A stretch of 64,000 nt of DNA from an uncultured Verrucomicrobiae bacterium (GTDB lineage Bacteria; Verrucomicrobiota; Verrucomicrobiia; Limisphaerales; JAFGQR01), in NCBI GenBank assembly GCA_963788655.1, contig CAWBHS010000060.1, positions 32,001 through 96,000 on the forward strand, given 5' to 3'. Numbering within the stretch: position 1 is the first letter of the stretch; each line of letters begins with the position of its first letter. Of the stretch, positions 20,241-31,646 are shown piece after piece. The translations under genes were made by a program, and so were the position numbers. The notes beneath the pieces are model-generated. The model saw nothing but the letters and a program-made list of their open reading frames with translations. It searched no databases and had not been told where the DNA came from.

Positions 20241-21640
20241 ATGAAACGAACCGCCGTGATCGATGTCGTGGGGCTGACAGAATCGTTGCTCGGGCCCAAC
20301 ACGCCCCGAATCAATTCGTTTCGGGAGCGCGGCAGGCTTGACCCGCATCCGTCCCGCCCTGCCAGCGGTCACCAGCACCGCGCAGGCCAACTACCTGACC
20401 GGCACGCTGCCATCGCAACACGGCATTGTGGGGAACGGATGGTATCATCGGGAGCTGGCGGAGGTGCATTTCTGGAAACAATCGGATCACCTGGTTCACG
20501 GTCGGAAAATCTGGGACGAATTGAAAACACTCGATCGGAAGTTCACCTGCGCCAAATTGTTTTGGTGGTTCAACATGTACTCGGACGCGGATTACGCGAT
20601 TACGCCGCGGCCCATGTATCCGGCCGATGGCCGCAAGGTGTTCGACATTTACACCGCGCCGATGTCATTGCGCGATGACCATCAAGCGCGACCTGGGGGA
20701 ATTTCCATTTGCCACCTTCTGGGGACCGGCAGCCGGAGCCCATTCGCCGCAGGGTGCGCCGGATGCCGCGTCGAGTTGGATCGCGCAGTCCGCTCGATGG
20801 ATCGAAAACAAATACCAACCGACGCTGAGCCTGGTGTATTTGCCGCACCTGGATTACAACTTGCAACGCTGGGGACCATCGCCTTCGTTGATCGGTGGTG
20901 ATGTGCGCGCGATCGACACCATTGTGGGCGCGTTGCTGGATTTCTACCAGTCGCGGGACGTGCAGGTGCTGTTGCTTTCCGAATACGGCATTACCCCGGT
21001 GGACCAGCCGGTGCATCTGAACCGTTTGTTCCGGCAGCAAGGCTGGTTGACCATCAAAAACGAGCTGGGCTTGGAACTGCTCGATTGCGGCGCCAGCCGG
21101 GTCTTTGCCGTGGCGGACCATCAGGTCGCGCACATTTATTTGAATGACCCGACGTTGGAAAGTCGCGTGCGTAATTTATTGGAACAGCAGTCCGGGATTG
21201 CGCGCGTTCTTGGCGAGCTGGAACAAGGGCAACTCGGCCTTCGACATCCGCGCGCTGGGGACTTGATCGCGCTGGCTGCGCCGAAGGCCTGGTTCACCTA
21301 CTACTACTGGCTGGATGACGCCGTGGCACCGGATTTTGCCCGCTGCGTGGATATTCACCGCAAACCGGGATACGATCCGGTCGAGTTGTTCCTCGATCCC
21401 AAGCTGGCCTTTCCCAAAGTCAAAATTGCCTGGCGCTTGCTCCAAAAGAAACTGGGGATGCGAATGTTAATGGATGTAATTCCCCTCGACGCCACGCTGG
21501 TCAAAGGATCGCACGGAGTCCAACCGGCGAACGGACGGGATTTTCCTGTGCTCATTTCGGACGGGCCGCTGGACTTGCCACAGACGCCAATCGAGTCCCC
21601 CGACGTTTACGCGGTGATCAAACAAGCCGTTGTAGGTTGA
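20241..21640 (+). CDS. eboF: EboF-type alkaline phosphatase / nucleotide pyrophosphatase family protein (~465 aa; apparent frameshifts at ~20337 and ~20676)
   Basis: MKRTAVIDVVGLT, PAVTSTAQANYLTG, HGIVGNGWY, FWWFNMYS, YLPHLDY, SEYGIT, VADHQVAH, DIHRKPGYDPVELF and KGSHG spread across three frames. Confidence 0.8.
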
Positions 21641-21723
21641 GGAAGCTGCTCGGGATGACGCTAGCGTTACACGACAGGTTGACGGAAGTGACTTGTGCGG
21701 TTCACCTCGAGTTTCGTTCGGAC

Positions 21724-21822
21724 AGCGGCAGAAGACTGCCGCGCTCCAAAACCTGACGGATGACGCCCGGGCCATCAATCCACGCGCCAGCGTTTGGAGT
21801 GCGTGGTGCTTGCTCCCGCTTT
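21724..21822. repeat. REP-like elements, family D
   Basis: AGCGGCAGAAGACTGCCGCGCTCCAAA (from 21724) and CGCGCCAGCGTTTGGAGTGCGTGGTGCTTGCTCCCGCTTT (21783-21822). Confidence 0.65.
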
Positions 21823-21837
21823 CGTTTGATGTGGATT

Positions 21838-22002
21838 TTGGAAACTGCGGTAATGCGCGTCCAGGACGTTCACCGGCATTTGCGCCGTGTCCCAGGCAAA
21901 ATCCTTTTTGAGCATGGCCTGGTGGAACTTGGGATCTTTGTGACCGGTGAAGCCAATGAAACGAATCTTGCCAACTTTACGGGCTTCGAGCGCGGCCCGG
22001 AG
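21838..22002 (-). pseudogene. Internal fragment of an aldo/keto reductase gene
   Basis: ~55 codons ARKVGKIRFIGFTGHKDP..WDTAQMPVNVLDAHYRSFQ match the AKR core; no start or C-terminus; flanked by REP elements. Confidence 0.7.
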
Positions 22003-22057
22003 CGGCTCGCATGTCCATTGGCGTTTTGGATGATGCGGACGTTGGTTCGTAGTCCGA

Positions 22058-22080
22058 GACAGGGCGGACGCCCGTCCTAC
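22058..22080. repeat. REP-like element, family C
   Basis: GACAGGGCGGACGCCCGTCCTAC. Confidence 0.65.
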
Positions 22081-22172
22081 CTTTTGCGGCGCCAGGCTCG
22101 TTAAAATGCTTGCCGAAATTTCTTCACGCCGCAATGAACCTTTGCTCGCCAGTGGCATTCCACTTGGTGAGA

Positions 22173-22650
22173 ATGGCGGTCATGACGGACAGTGAGCGAC
22201 TCCTGGTCCCCGATGCCCGAGCCGGCGTACCGGAGGCTTGGGACGCGCTGTTTCGCCGTTACCAATTGCCGCTCTATACGTATGTTTTTGAATTGGTACA
22301 TGACGAGCAGGCGAGCTTGGACATTGTCCAGGAAACCTTCATCAATTCTGCCCGGCACCTCGGACAATTGCGCGACGACGCGAAATTTGGCTCATGGTTG
22401 TTCGGGATCGCGCACCAGAAGTGTGTCCAGCGTTGGCGGCGTCAACGTCCGGACCCGGTGCCGCTTGAGCCCCACGGCGAGACGTTGCTGCTCGACGAGG
22501 ATAGTCCCAGCGAATGGCTCATCCGTAAGGAGGAAGAACAACAGTTTATGGATTGCTTGAATCAATTGTCGCCGCCACACCGGGCAGTGCTGCTGTTGCA
22601 TTTCCTCGAAGATTTTTCGTTGGAGGAAATCGCCAACATCACCGGGGCCG
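22173..22650 (+). pseudogene. ECF sigma-70 factor truncated within region 4.2
   Basis: Region 2 (DIVQETF..FGSWLFGIAH) and start of region 4 (LSPPHRAVLLLHFLEDFSLEEIANITG) are present; the expected GTVKSRL recognition helix is absent in all three frames. Confidence 0.7.
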
Positions 22651-22716
22651 AACAAACCTTCAAACAATGTCCCTCGCAGAGAGCAACAACTCCGGGTCAC
22701 CTCGGTCTAAAAGATT

Positions 22717-24304
22717 ATGTGGAACCTTTCTTCGATCCTCCGCTCCCAATGGGAACGTTCCTCCATCCGCCGCTTGTTTACTTGGCGCACTATCCGGCGG
22801 TTGCTGCTGGTCGGCGCCGGTATCGTGACGCTGGTGGCGCTGTTTTACGCCGTTGAGAATTGGCGCGGCACCCATGCTTGGAATAAATATCGTCGCACTC
22901 TCGAAGCTCGAGGCGAGAAACTGGACCTGCCTGCCTTGGCTCCGCCAACCGTGCCCGACAACCAAAATCTGGCGATGGCGCCGGTGCTTAAACCGCTGTT
23001 CGATTTTTCCCAAGACACAAACGGCATTCGGTATCACGATACCAACGGATTGGAACGGTTGCGGAATGTTGACATTTATCAGCGCGGCGTCACACGAGAT
23101 AAGCATGCGGATTTGGGAGGTTTGGTTAACGGAACGTGGACCGACTTGGCGGGATTTGCAGAGTTCTACCGTGGGAACACCAATTACCCCCAAGCCGTGA
23201 CGGGCAGTCCGCCAGCGAAAGTGGTGCGCGTGGCGTTGAGCAAGCTTGATCCGCTGATCCACGAATTGCGGAAGGAGGCGGCCGCGCGGCCACTGAGCCG
23301 GTTTCCAATCGACTATGATGAGGAAGTGACTGTTTCTATTTTGTTGCCCCATTTGGCGACTTTAAAGAACCTGGCTTCGGCACTCACTTTGCGCGCCATT
23401 GCTGAGTTGGACGTGGAGCAATCGTCGGCGGCGCTTGCGGAACTCGAACTGGGATTTCGATTGTCGGACACCATCAGTCGCGAACCGCTGCTCATTGATC
23501 ATCTCGTCCGCCTGGCCATGTTGACGATTGAGCTTCAGGGGGTTCGCGAAGGGCTGGCGCGGCACGCTTGGGGTGACGCTCAGTTGGCAGCGATTCAAAA
23601 ACACTTGTCGTCATTAAATCTGCTGGCGGAACTTCAAAACGCAATTCGGGGAGAACGGGCCATCGAGGTGGGCATGCTGGATTACGCCCGCCGGCAAGGG
23701 TGGCGGTTTGACCCGGGAATGATCCTCTCGGACGAAATGTTCCTCTCAGACGAGGAGCAACAGCCACTGGCGCCGGTGCTGGCCCTTCGGCAGATGCCTG
23801 GTGGTTGGTATTGCCAAAACATGCTCCGAATCGCGCGGTTGTTGACCGACTACGGCCTGGCGGCAGTGGACGCACCGGCCAAGCGGGTTGACCCAAAGCC
23901 GAGTGAGCGTGCCGACAAGATTGTCGAAGAGATGTCCTATGGTCCGTACACCTTTTTCGTGAAATTACTCTTTCCGAATAGCAACAGATTGACGGGCAAG
24001 AGTGCGGCGTCACAAACATACGTGGATTGCGGGCGAATTGCCTGCGCTTTGGAACGGTATCGTTTGGCCAAGGGACACCTCCCCGAGTCGTCTGGCCGCG
24101 TTGGTCCCGCAGTTTATCGAGGCGATTCCGCACGATGTCATCGACGGCAGACCGCTGCGATACCATCTGTCACCGGAAGGCGGCTACGTGTTGTATTCGA
24201 TTGGCTGGAATCAAACGGACGACGGCGGCGTGCGCGGCTGGCGCTCCGATAAACATCGCAGCGTGGATTTGGAAAAGGGCGACTGGGTGTGGAGCCTGGA
24301 GTGA
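22717..24304 (+). CDS. Membrane-anchored hypothetical protein with GspG-like C-terminal segment (~528 aa; apparent frameshift at ~24088)
   Basis: N-terminal TM then ENWRG..W..GEKLD..PPTVPDNQN; C-terminus ACALERYRLAKGHLPE-(shift)-LAALVPQFIEAIPHDVIDGRPLRY..YVLYSIGWNQTDDGG. Confidence 0.7.
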
Positions 24305-24316
24305 TAAGGCCTTCTC

Positions 24317-24344
24317 TGGTGCTTGGTCATTGGGCCTTGGTCAT
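24317..24344. repeat. Heptamer tandem repeat between convergent genes
   Basis: TGGTGCT TGGTCAT TGGGCCT TGGTCAT. Confidence 0.55.
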
Positions 24345-24348
24345 TCAA

Positions 24349-25722
<1,374 letters not shown>

Positions 25723-25725
25723 GGC

Positions 25726-27280
25726 TCAAGCGTTGGCCGCGAGCCGCAGGTGGGTCAGGCGGAAGATGGCGCCTTGAGGCTCATTCGGCCAGGCATTGGA
25801 TTTCCCAGCCGTGGGCCAGCACGATCTGCTGCACCACCGCCAGACCCAATCCGGTGCCCTTGAGGTTGGTGGTGAAGTACGGCTTAAAGATGTCGGAACG
25901 ATGCTCCGCGGGAACTCCCGGGCCGTTGTCGCGAATCTCCAGCACGACCTCGCCGGCCTCGCCCTTCTCCGCGAGCACTTGAATCTCCCCCTGCTTGCCG
26001 ACGGCCTGGACGGCGTTGAGCAGGAGGTTGAACAGGGCCTGGCGGAGGAGCTGCTCGTCGGCCTTGATCAGCGGCAAATTGTCCTGGAGGCGCAACTGAA
26101 TGGCCTTTTCTTCGACATCGTAATTCAAGGCGCGCACCACCTCGCTGACCACGGAATTCAGCGCCACCGCCGAGCGGCGAACTTCGCGCGGCCGGGAATA
26201 GTTGATGAACTCGTTCAATTGGGCGGTGACCCGGTCAGCTTCATCGACGATGCTGTGCGATTTCGACCGCACTTCCGGCGGGGCATCCTCCTGTTTGGAA
26301 ATGATCTGGGCCAGGCCGCGGATGATGTTCAACGGATTCTTGGTTTCGTGGGCCAGGCCCGCGGCGGCGAAGTTCATTTCCTTGAGCCGCGTATTCAACT
26401 CGGCGGTGCGCACCAGCCGGAGTTCCAGGTCCGAGGAACGGTTCAAGTTGCTCCAGGCGAGTCCCAGGCCGACCACCGAAACGGACGCCAGACCACCGAT
26501 GATGAGTCGCAGCCATAAATCGCGGCCCAACGCCTCACGCTTCTTGGCGGTGGAAAAGACTACCACGAAACTGTGGACGCCTTGTTTCTCAATCGCCTTC
26601 TGGTATTCCTCCTCGCTCATCCAGAAGGGTCGCCCAAAGGGCGGGCGACCGTGACGGTTCCACCCACGCCGGCGGGGTAGGGGATCGACATTTTCAGTCG
26701 CGTTGGTAAGCACCGCTACCCCGTTGCTCACCACCTCCGTTACCTGCGGTCCTGGTTCCGGCCGGTTGGCGAAGCGACCACCATCCGTTTCCGAATCCGG
26801 CGGGCGCGGCGGTGGCGGAGGGCGATTGGCGTCACGTTCGGGCGTCCGCACGATGATGGTGGAACGGGAACCTTCCACTTCGGAGGCCACGTTCGTGCCC
26901 AGATCAACCAGATTCATCAAAGCCACGGAGCGCCGATCCCAATGCTCGCCGGTTCGGATCAGACTGCTGGTATCGAACTCGATGGGCGTGCCGGCGGAGG
27001 CGACGACTTCGCCGGCACTGTTCAACAGGGCGATGGCGTTGAGTTCACCGGGCTTGATCAAGGCCTTGAGGGCGGTTTCCATCCGGTCCATGGGAATGAC
27101 GCCAAACCGGCGTTGAGAACGCATGACCACGCCCAGGGTGGTCGAAATATATTTGGCGCTGTTGATCAACCCTTCGTCTTCGACCCGCCGGACCCGGGTG
27201 TGCTCGACGACTTGCCAGACGAGGATCATGGCCCAAACCACCAGCAGTGCGCCGTAAACCAGTTGAGTCCGTGTTTTCAT
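25726..27280 (-). CDS. Two-TM sensor histidine kinase (apparent frameshift at ~25789)
   Basis: H-box AGLAHETKNPLN, N-box NLLLNAVQA, DNGPG, GTGLGL. Removing one base restores the terminal strand CLPNEPQGAIFRL..A-TGA (25726-25728), directly before the regulator start. Confidence 0.9.
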
Positions 27281-27312
27281 AATGGGCCGCAGCCGGAGGG
27301 CCGCAGCGAACG

Positions 27313-28515
27313 CTATTTCTTCTTTTTCTCTTCGGCGGCACTGTCTTTAGTCGGCAGATCATCAAGAAAGCGATCCAGTTCCTGTTCGGTGTAGGATTTG
27401 GGCACCAATTGGAGCTGCGACCTCTCTTTGGCCGTCATCCCGGCCAACTGGGCCGGCTGTTGCACAATATGCGGCGTGAGGAAGATCAGGAGTTCGGTTT
27501 TGACGTTGTCTTTGATTTTACGTTTGAACAGCATGCCCAGGAGGGGAATGTCGCCCAAGAGCGGAACTTTGCTTTCCGATTCCGTGGCGCGGTTCTCCAT
27601 CAAGCCGCCAATCACCACCGTCTGCCCATCGGGCGTCAGCACGACGGTATCGGCGGTGCGGGAATTGATAACCGGCGCATCGTAGCCGGCGGCAATCGCT
27701 ACCTTTTGATCGGATAAATTTGAGATCTCCGGGGACACCACCATTTCCACCATGCCTTGCGAAGTAATGAACGGGGTCACCCGCAGGATAATCCCCACCG
27801 GTTGGTAGGAAACGGAGTTAATGGCATTGCCGAAGTTGTCGTAACGCACATTGGTGATCAGGGGAATTTCCTGGCCCACGGTGATGATGGCCTGCTGATT
27901 GTTGCGAGCCAGGACGGACGGGCGGGAGAGCACTTCCGTCTTGCCCGCGGTGGCGATGGCCCGCAAGGTGACTTGGAAGTCGCTGCCGAGGACTTGATAC
28001 AGCCCGGCTCCCGGCGGCGTGGGGGCGAAGCTCTGCACCGGCTGGCCGAAGGGATTCGAAACCAAGCCGGTGGAACTGGCCAAGCCCGACAGACCGAATG
28101 CATTGACGGCCTTGCCCTCGATGGAATCATTGATCCCCTGACGGGTTCCGCCCTCGATGCCGACGTCGTAACCTTTCCGATAGGTGACTTCCAGGAAGAC
28201 CACCTTGATCAGCACCTGCGGCGCCGGCCGGTCCAAGTTGGACACCACCATGCTGATGTATTTGGCGGTGTCATCGTCGGTGACCACGACCAGTTTGCGC
28301 GTTTCCGGATCCACTTGAAACGTCGCCGTGCCGAGTTCGGTGCCGCTGGGATAGTTGGCGCTGCCGGTGCCGCCGGTCGAGCCGGACCGGCGCGTGCCGA
28401 AGCCTTGCGCGGTGGCACTCTCCGTCATCCAGCCAAGGCCGGCCAGTAGCAGGGCCGCCAGGCCGATCCAAGTTTTAATGTTCTGCTGCATTCCAAGATG
28501 ATGTTTCGTTTGCAT
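27313..28515 (-). CDS. gspD: Type II secretion secretin, C-terminal half (one N-domain plus secretin barrel) with its own signal peptide
   Basis: Signal-like TWIGLAALLLAGLG..ATAQ; LDRPAPQVLIKV, LSRPSVLARNNQQA, VGIILRVTP, VVIGGLM, KVPLLGDIPLLGMLFK and ELLIFLTPHIV are secretin motifs. Confidence 0.9.
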   Translation of the reverse strand: MQTKHHLGMQQNIKTWIGLAALLLAGLGWMTESATAQGFGTRRSGSTGGTGSANYPSGTELGTATFQVDPETRKLVVVTDDDTAKYISMVVSNLDRPAPQVLIKVVFLEVTYRKGYDVGIEGGTRQGINDSIEGKAVNAFGLSGLASSTGLVSNPFGQPVQSFAPTPPGAGLYQVLGSDFQVTLRAIATAGKTEVLSRPSVLARNNQQAIITVGQEIPLITNVRYDNFGNAINSVSYQPVGIILRVTPFITSQGMVEMVVSPEISNLSDQKVAIAAGYDAPVINSRTADTVVLTPDGQTVVIGGLMENRATESESKVPLLGDIPLLGMLFKRKIKDNVKTELLIFLTPHIVQQPAQLAGMTAKERSQLQLVPKSYTEQELDRFLDDLPTKDSAAEEKKKK

Positions 28516-28535
28516 AGTGCTTTTGATTCGGTTGC

Positions 28536-30349
28536 TCAACGACCGGTGGAATTGCCGAAGCTATTACCCAAACCGCTGTTGCCCCCAAAACCACCGCTGG
28601 TGCGGGAACCCTGGTTTTGCATCTGGGTGGCGCGGTTGTTCAACTGGTTGCCGGCCTGCCGGCTGTTATTGAGGTTATTGCGGTTGGCTCCGGACGCGTT
28701 ATTGTTGGGGCTGGGAATGAGGCCTTGAAGGAGTTGCTGAACGGTTTGCGGGTCGGTGTTCTCCAACGAGTACACATAGACCTTTTGTTTCCGGGCCGGA
28801 TCCATATCCAGTTCGGTGATCATGCTCGCAATTTGCGGCATCAGGTCCCGTGACGCACTCACGACCACCGAGCGGGTCCGCATGTCCGGCACGGCGGTGA
28901 CCTGGGTTTCCTTCAGTGTCCGTTCGCTTTGGTCGCCGTTATTGCTCGTCCGTCCACCGCCCGGGAAGCCGCCAAACCGCCCGCCGAATTGGAAGCGGCT
29001 GCCGCGGCGGCTTTGATTGCTGGTGTTATTATTGGGAAACAGATTCGAGAGCAAATCCGCCGTCTCCTGGGCGTCGGCGTTTTTCAGGTGAAACACGCGC
29101 ACCTCGGTGATGTCTTCGACGTTGGTATCCACCTGCTTGACCACGTCTTCAATGATCGAAATCTGCTCGGCCGGCGCGCTGACCACCAGGGAATTACTGC
29201 GTTCGTCGGCTACGGCCACCACTTTGACGGTGGGCGCACGGCCTCCGCCACCACTGCTCCCCCCACCGGAGTCATCTCCCCCCATTCCCGGCGGACCCCC
29301 ACGGCCGCGGAAGGAAAACCGGTTGCGGCCATTGTTGCGGGAATTGTCGTCCTGCGCAGCGAAGAGATCCTTGATGGTGGACGCCAGGGCTTTGGCATCG
29401 GCATATTTAAGCGGGAACACCCGCACCGTGGCCACGCTCTGGAGCGCGGTATCCAGCGCTTGCACAATCTCCGCCATGCGGCGAATGTTGATTTGCGTGT
29501 CGGTGATCACCAGCGAATTACCCCCCTGATTGGCGGACATTTGCGCCGAGGTCGGCAAGAGCGGTTGGAGGTCGCGGGTCAGTTGGGTGGCGTCGATGTA
29601 CTTGACCGGGATGATCTGGGTGACGATTTCCTCGCTTTGCGGAATTTTGTCCGGATCGCTCCCCATTTTGACGGGGATGTTCCGGGTTCTCGCTTGATCC
29701 TTATTAATGATGACCAGCATGCGGCCATTTTGCAGGGCGGCGAACCCATTCTTGCTGAGAACCGAATTCAACACGTCGATGGCCTCGTCCTTGGTCAACG
29801 GTTGGTTGCTCCACACGTCCACTTTGCCCCGGACGTCCACCTCCGGCACAATGATGAAGCCGGCGGCGTCGCTCAGATAATTCAGCACCATTTCCAACGG
29901 GGCGTTCTTGAAGTTCAGCCGCAGTCCTTTCTCGCCGTCGGCCACCACGTGGTCGGGCGGAGGCGGGAATTGCATCAAGTCACCGCCCGGCGGTTCGCCA
30001 GCGGGGCGGGACGGGGTTGCGGGGAGCGGCGCGGCTTGATTGGTGCCGACCGCCAAGGCATTGGTGGCTGAGGGGAATTGGTTGGCGGCGTGGGCCCGAA
30101 TTCATCGGGCGAGGCCGGTTCTTCCCCAAACTCGGGTCCCGATTGCTGGTCCGGGAATTGGTTCGGGTTGGGGATTGGCATGGCCTCATCCAGGTTCGTC
30201 GGAGGCTCGCCGGGGAACTGAGGGGCAACCTCGTCCGTGGGCTCTGCCGGCGACGGTTCCGCCGGGGGATTAGAGGATTGGGCGGCGGCGGTGAGGATCA
30301 ACCCCAGCCCGCAGCCCAAGGACGCGAAAATTAATTTTGGTGTTTTCAT
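28536..30349 (-). CDS. Secretin N-terminal-domain protein (N0 plus NolW-like N domains, no barrel; apparent frameshift at ~30073)
   Basis: Signal peptide MKTPKLIFASLGCGLGLILTAAAQ, Pro-rich linker, N0 (LNFKNAPLEMVL), repeated N domains (VFPLKYADA..ADERSNSLVV; VFHLKNADA..DMRTRSVVV), ending in an N/G-rich tail with a genuine stop. Confidence 0.8.
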
Positions 30350-31119
30350 TTCAATTCCTGTGCTCGCTTTTCCATTAGTCGTTTGAGGATATCTTTTTCT
30401 TGGTCGCTGGAGAGGGTGGGCGCTGGCGTGCTGGGCGCGGTGCTGGGAACAGTTTCCGTGGAAACGGCGCGGCGCGGATCGAAGCCACGGGAGCCGCCCC
30501 GGCGAGAATCAGACGCCGACGCGCGCGGATCGAAACCTCGGGATCCGCCCCGGCGGGAATCGAAGCCCCGCGAATCGTCGCGACTGGACTCGCTCCGGCT
30601 ACTGGTGCTGGAATACGTTTCGGTCGGTTCCCGCACCTGCCACGGGCCGTCGTTTTCCCGTTGCAGTTGCATCCCCACTTTGAGTTCCACTTGGTTGGTG
30701 TTCGCTTCGAGCTTCACCTGGTTGGCCTCGATCGCGGCCACTTTGTAATCCGCAATGCTTCCGCCGGGCGGTACAATCTTGCGGTATTCGGAACTCGAGC
30801 TATCGAAGAAGGCAAACGGTCCCTTGCGGTAGCTCATCGTGCCGACCAGCGTGAAGGCCTCCACCCGGGCGGGGGGCGGCGGCGGCTCGTAGGTGCGGGC
30901 CGGGGGACGACCGAATCGGTTGGCGTTGAAAATATTTCGTTCGGCGATGACCTGAAACGACGAGTAATCCAACGGCCCCTGGGCGCCAGCGGGGCGGGCG
31001 GCGGCAAGGTAACTTCCCGCCACGATTGTGACGAGCAGCGTCCAACGGCCCAGGCCGGCCGAGGTCTTTCTCATTGGCCGCGAATTGTTCGTGATCGGTT
31101 CGAGGGTTACGTGAATCAT
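30346..31119 (-). CDS. GspC-like T2SS assembly protein (alternative start 31074)
   Basis: Operon position before the secretin; hydrophobic N-terminus, RNIF motif, TLVGTM..AFF beta region; low-complexity R/G/S-rich tail. Confidence 0.55.
   Translation of the reverse strand: MIHVTLEPITNNSRPMRKTSAGLGRWTLLVTIVAGSYLAAARPAGAQGPLDYSSFQVIAERNIFNANRFGRPPARTYEPPPPPARVEAFTLVGTMSYRKGPFAFFDSSSSEYRKIVPPGGSIADYKVAAIEANQVKLEANTNQVELKVGMQLQRENDGPWQVREPTETYSSTSSRSESSRDDSRGFDSRRGGSRGFDPRASASDSRRGGSRGFDPRRAVSTETVPSTAPSTPAPTLSSDQEKDILKRLMEKRAQELK
30472..30561 (-). repeat. Intragenic direct repeat (2 x ~39 bp, 51-bp period) encoding DSRRGGSRGFDPR
   Basis: GCGCGGATCGAAGCCACGGGAGCCGCCCCGGCGAGAATC (30472) and GCGCGGATCGAAACCTCGGGATCCGCCCCGGCGGGAATC (30523). 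Confidence 0.75.
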
Positions 31120-31646
31120 GGTGCCGGATTCAATTGCAGGCCGCTGACCTGGAGGGCGAGGGCCAATTGTTCGCCGCGGTCGTCCCGCGCGGTGATATTG
31201 ATGGTTTCCACTTTCAGCCCCAAAGGCGACTTCTCGACTTCATAAAGAAAGCGTGTCAAGGCGGGCAAAGTGCCGAACGCATCAACGCGGCATTCCAACG
31301 TGGCGTACTGGTCCAGATTGCGGCGCCACTGCGGTTTGATGGAACTGATCCCAATGCGGCTGTCGCGCGACCAGCGGTCAAACGCGCTAAGCACCTGGTT
31401 TTCCGCCACGGACACTTCCGTCGGCAGGGTGTTGGTGCGCATGTTTTCCCAGCGCGTCCGGATGGCATTTTGCCGATCCAAGAGCAGCCCCCCCTGGTTC
31501 ACCTGCCGCTTCAATTCGGTGATCCGTTCCGCGCGGCTGTTCCACGCCCGCGTCAAGGGCGTCAGGACCAACCGGTCACCCACCAGCAGCGCCAGGGCCA
31601 CGATGGCAATAATGGCCAGTAATTGTTGTCGGTTGTTCTTGTTCAT
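31116..31646 (-). CDS. GspM/PilO-like T2SS inner-membrane platform protein
   Basis: N-terminal TM, coiled coil, GTLPALTRFLYEVE..LKVETINIT ferredoxin-like domain; ATGA overlaps on both sides. Confidence 0.7.
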   Translation of the reverse strand: MNKNNRQQLLAIIAIVALALLVGDRLVLTPLTRAWNSRAERITELKRQVNQGGLLLDRQNAIRTRWENMRTNTLPTEVSVAENQVLSAFDRWSRDSRIGISSIKPQWRRNLDQYATLECRVDAFGTLPALTRFLYEVEKSPLGLKVETINITARDDRGEQLALALQVSGLQLNPAP

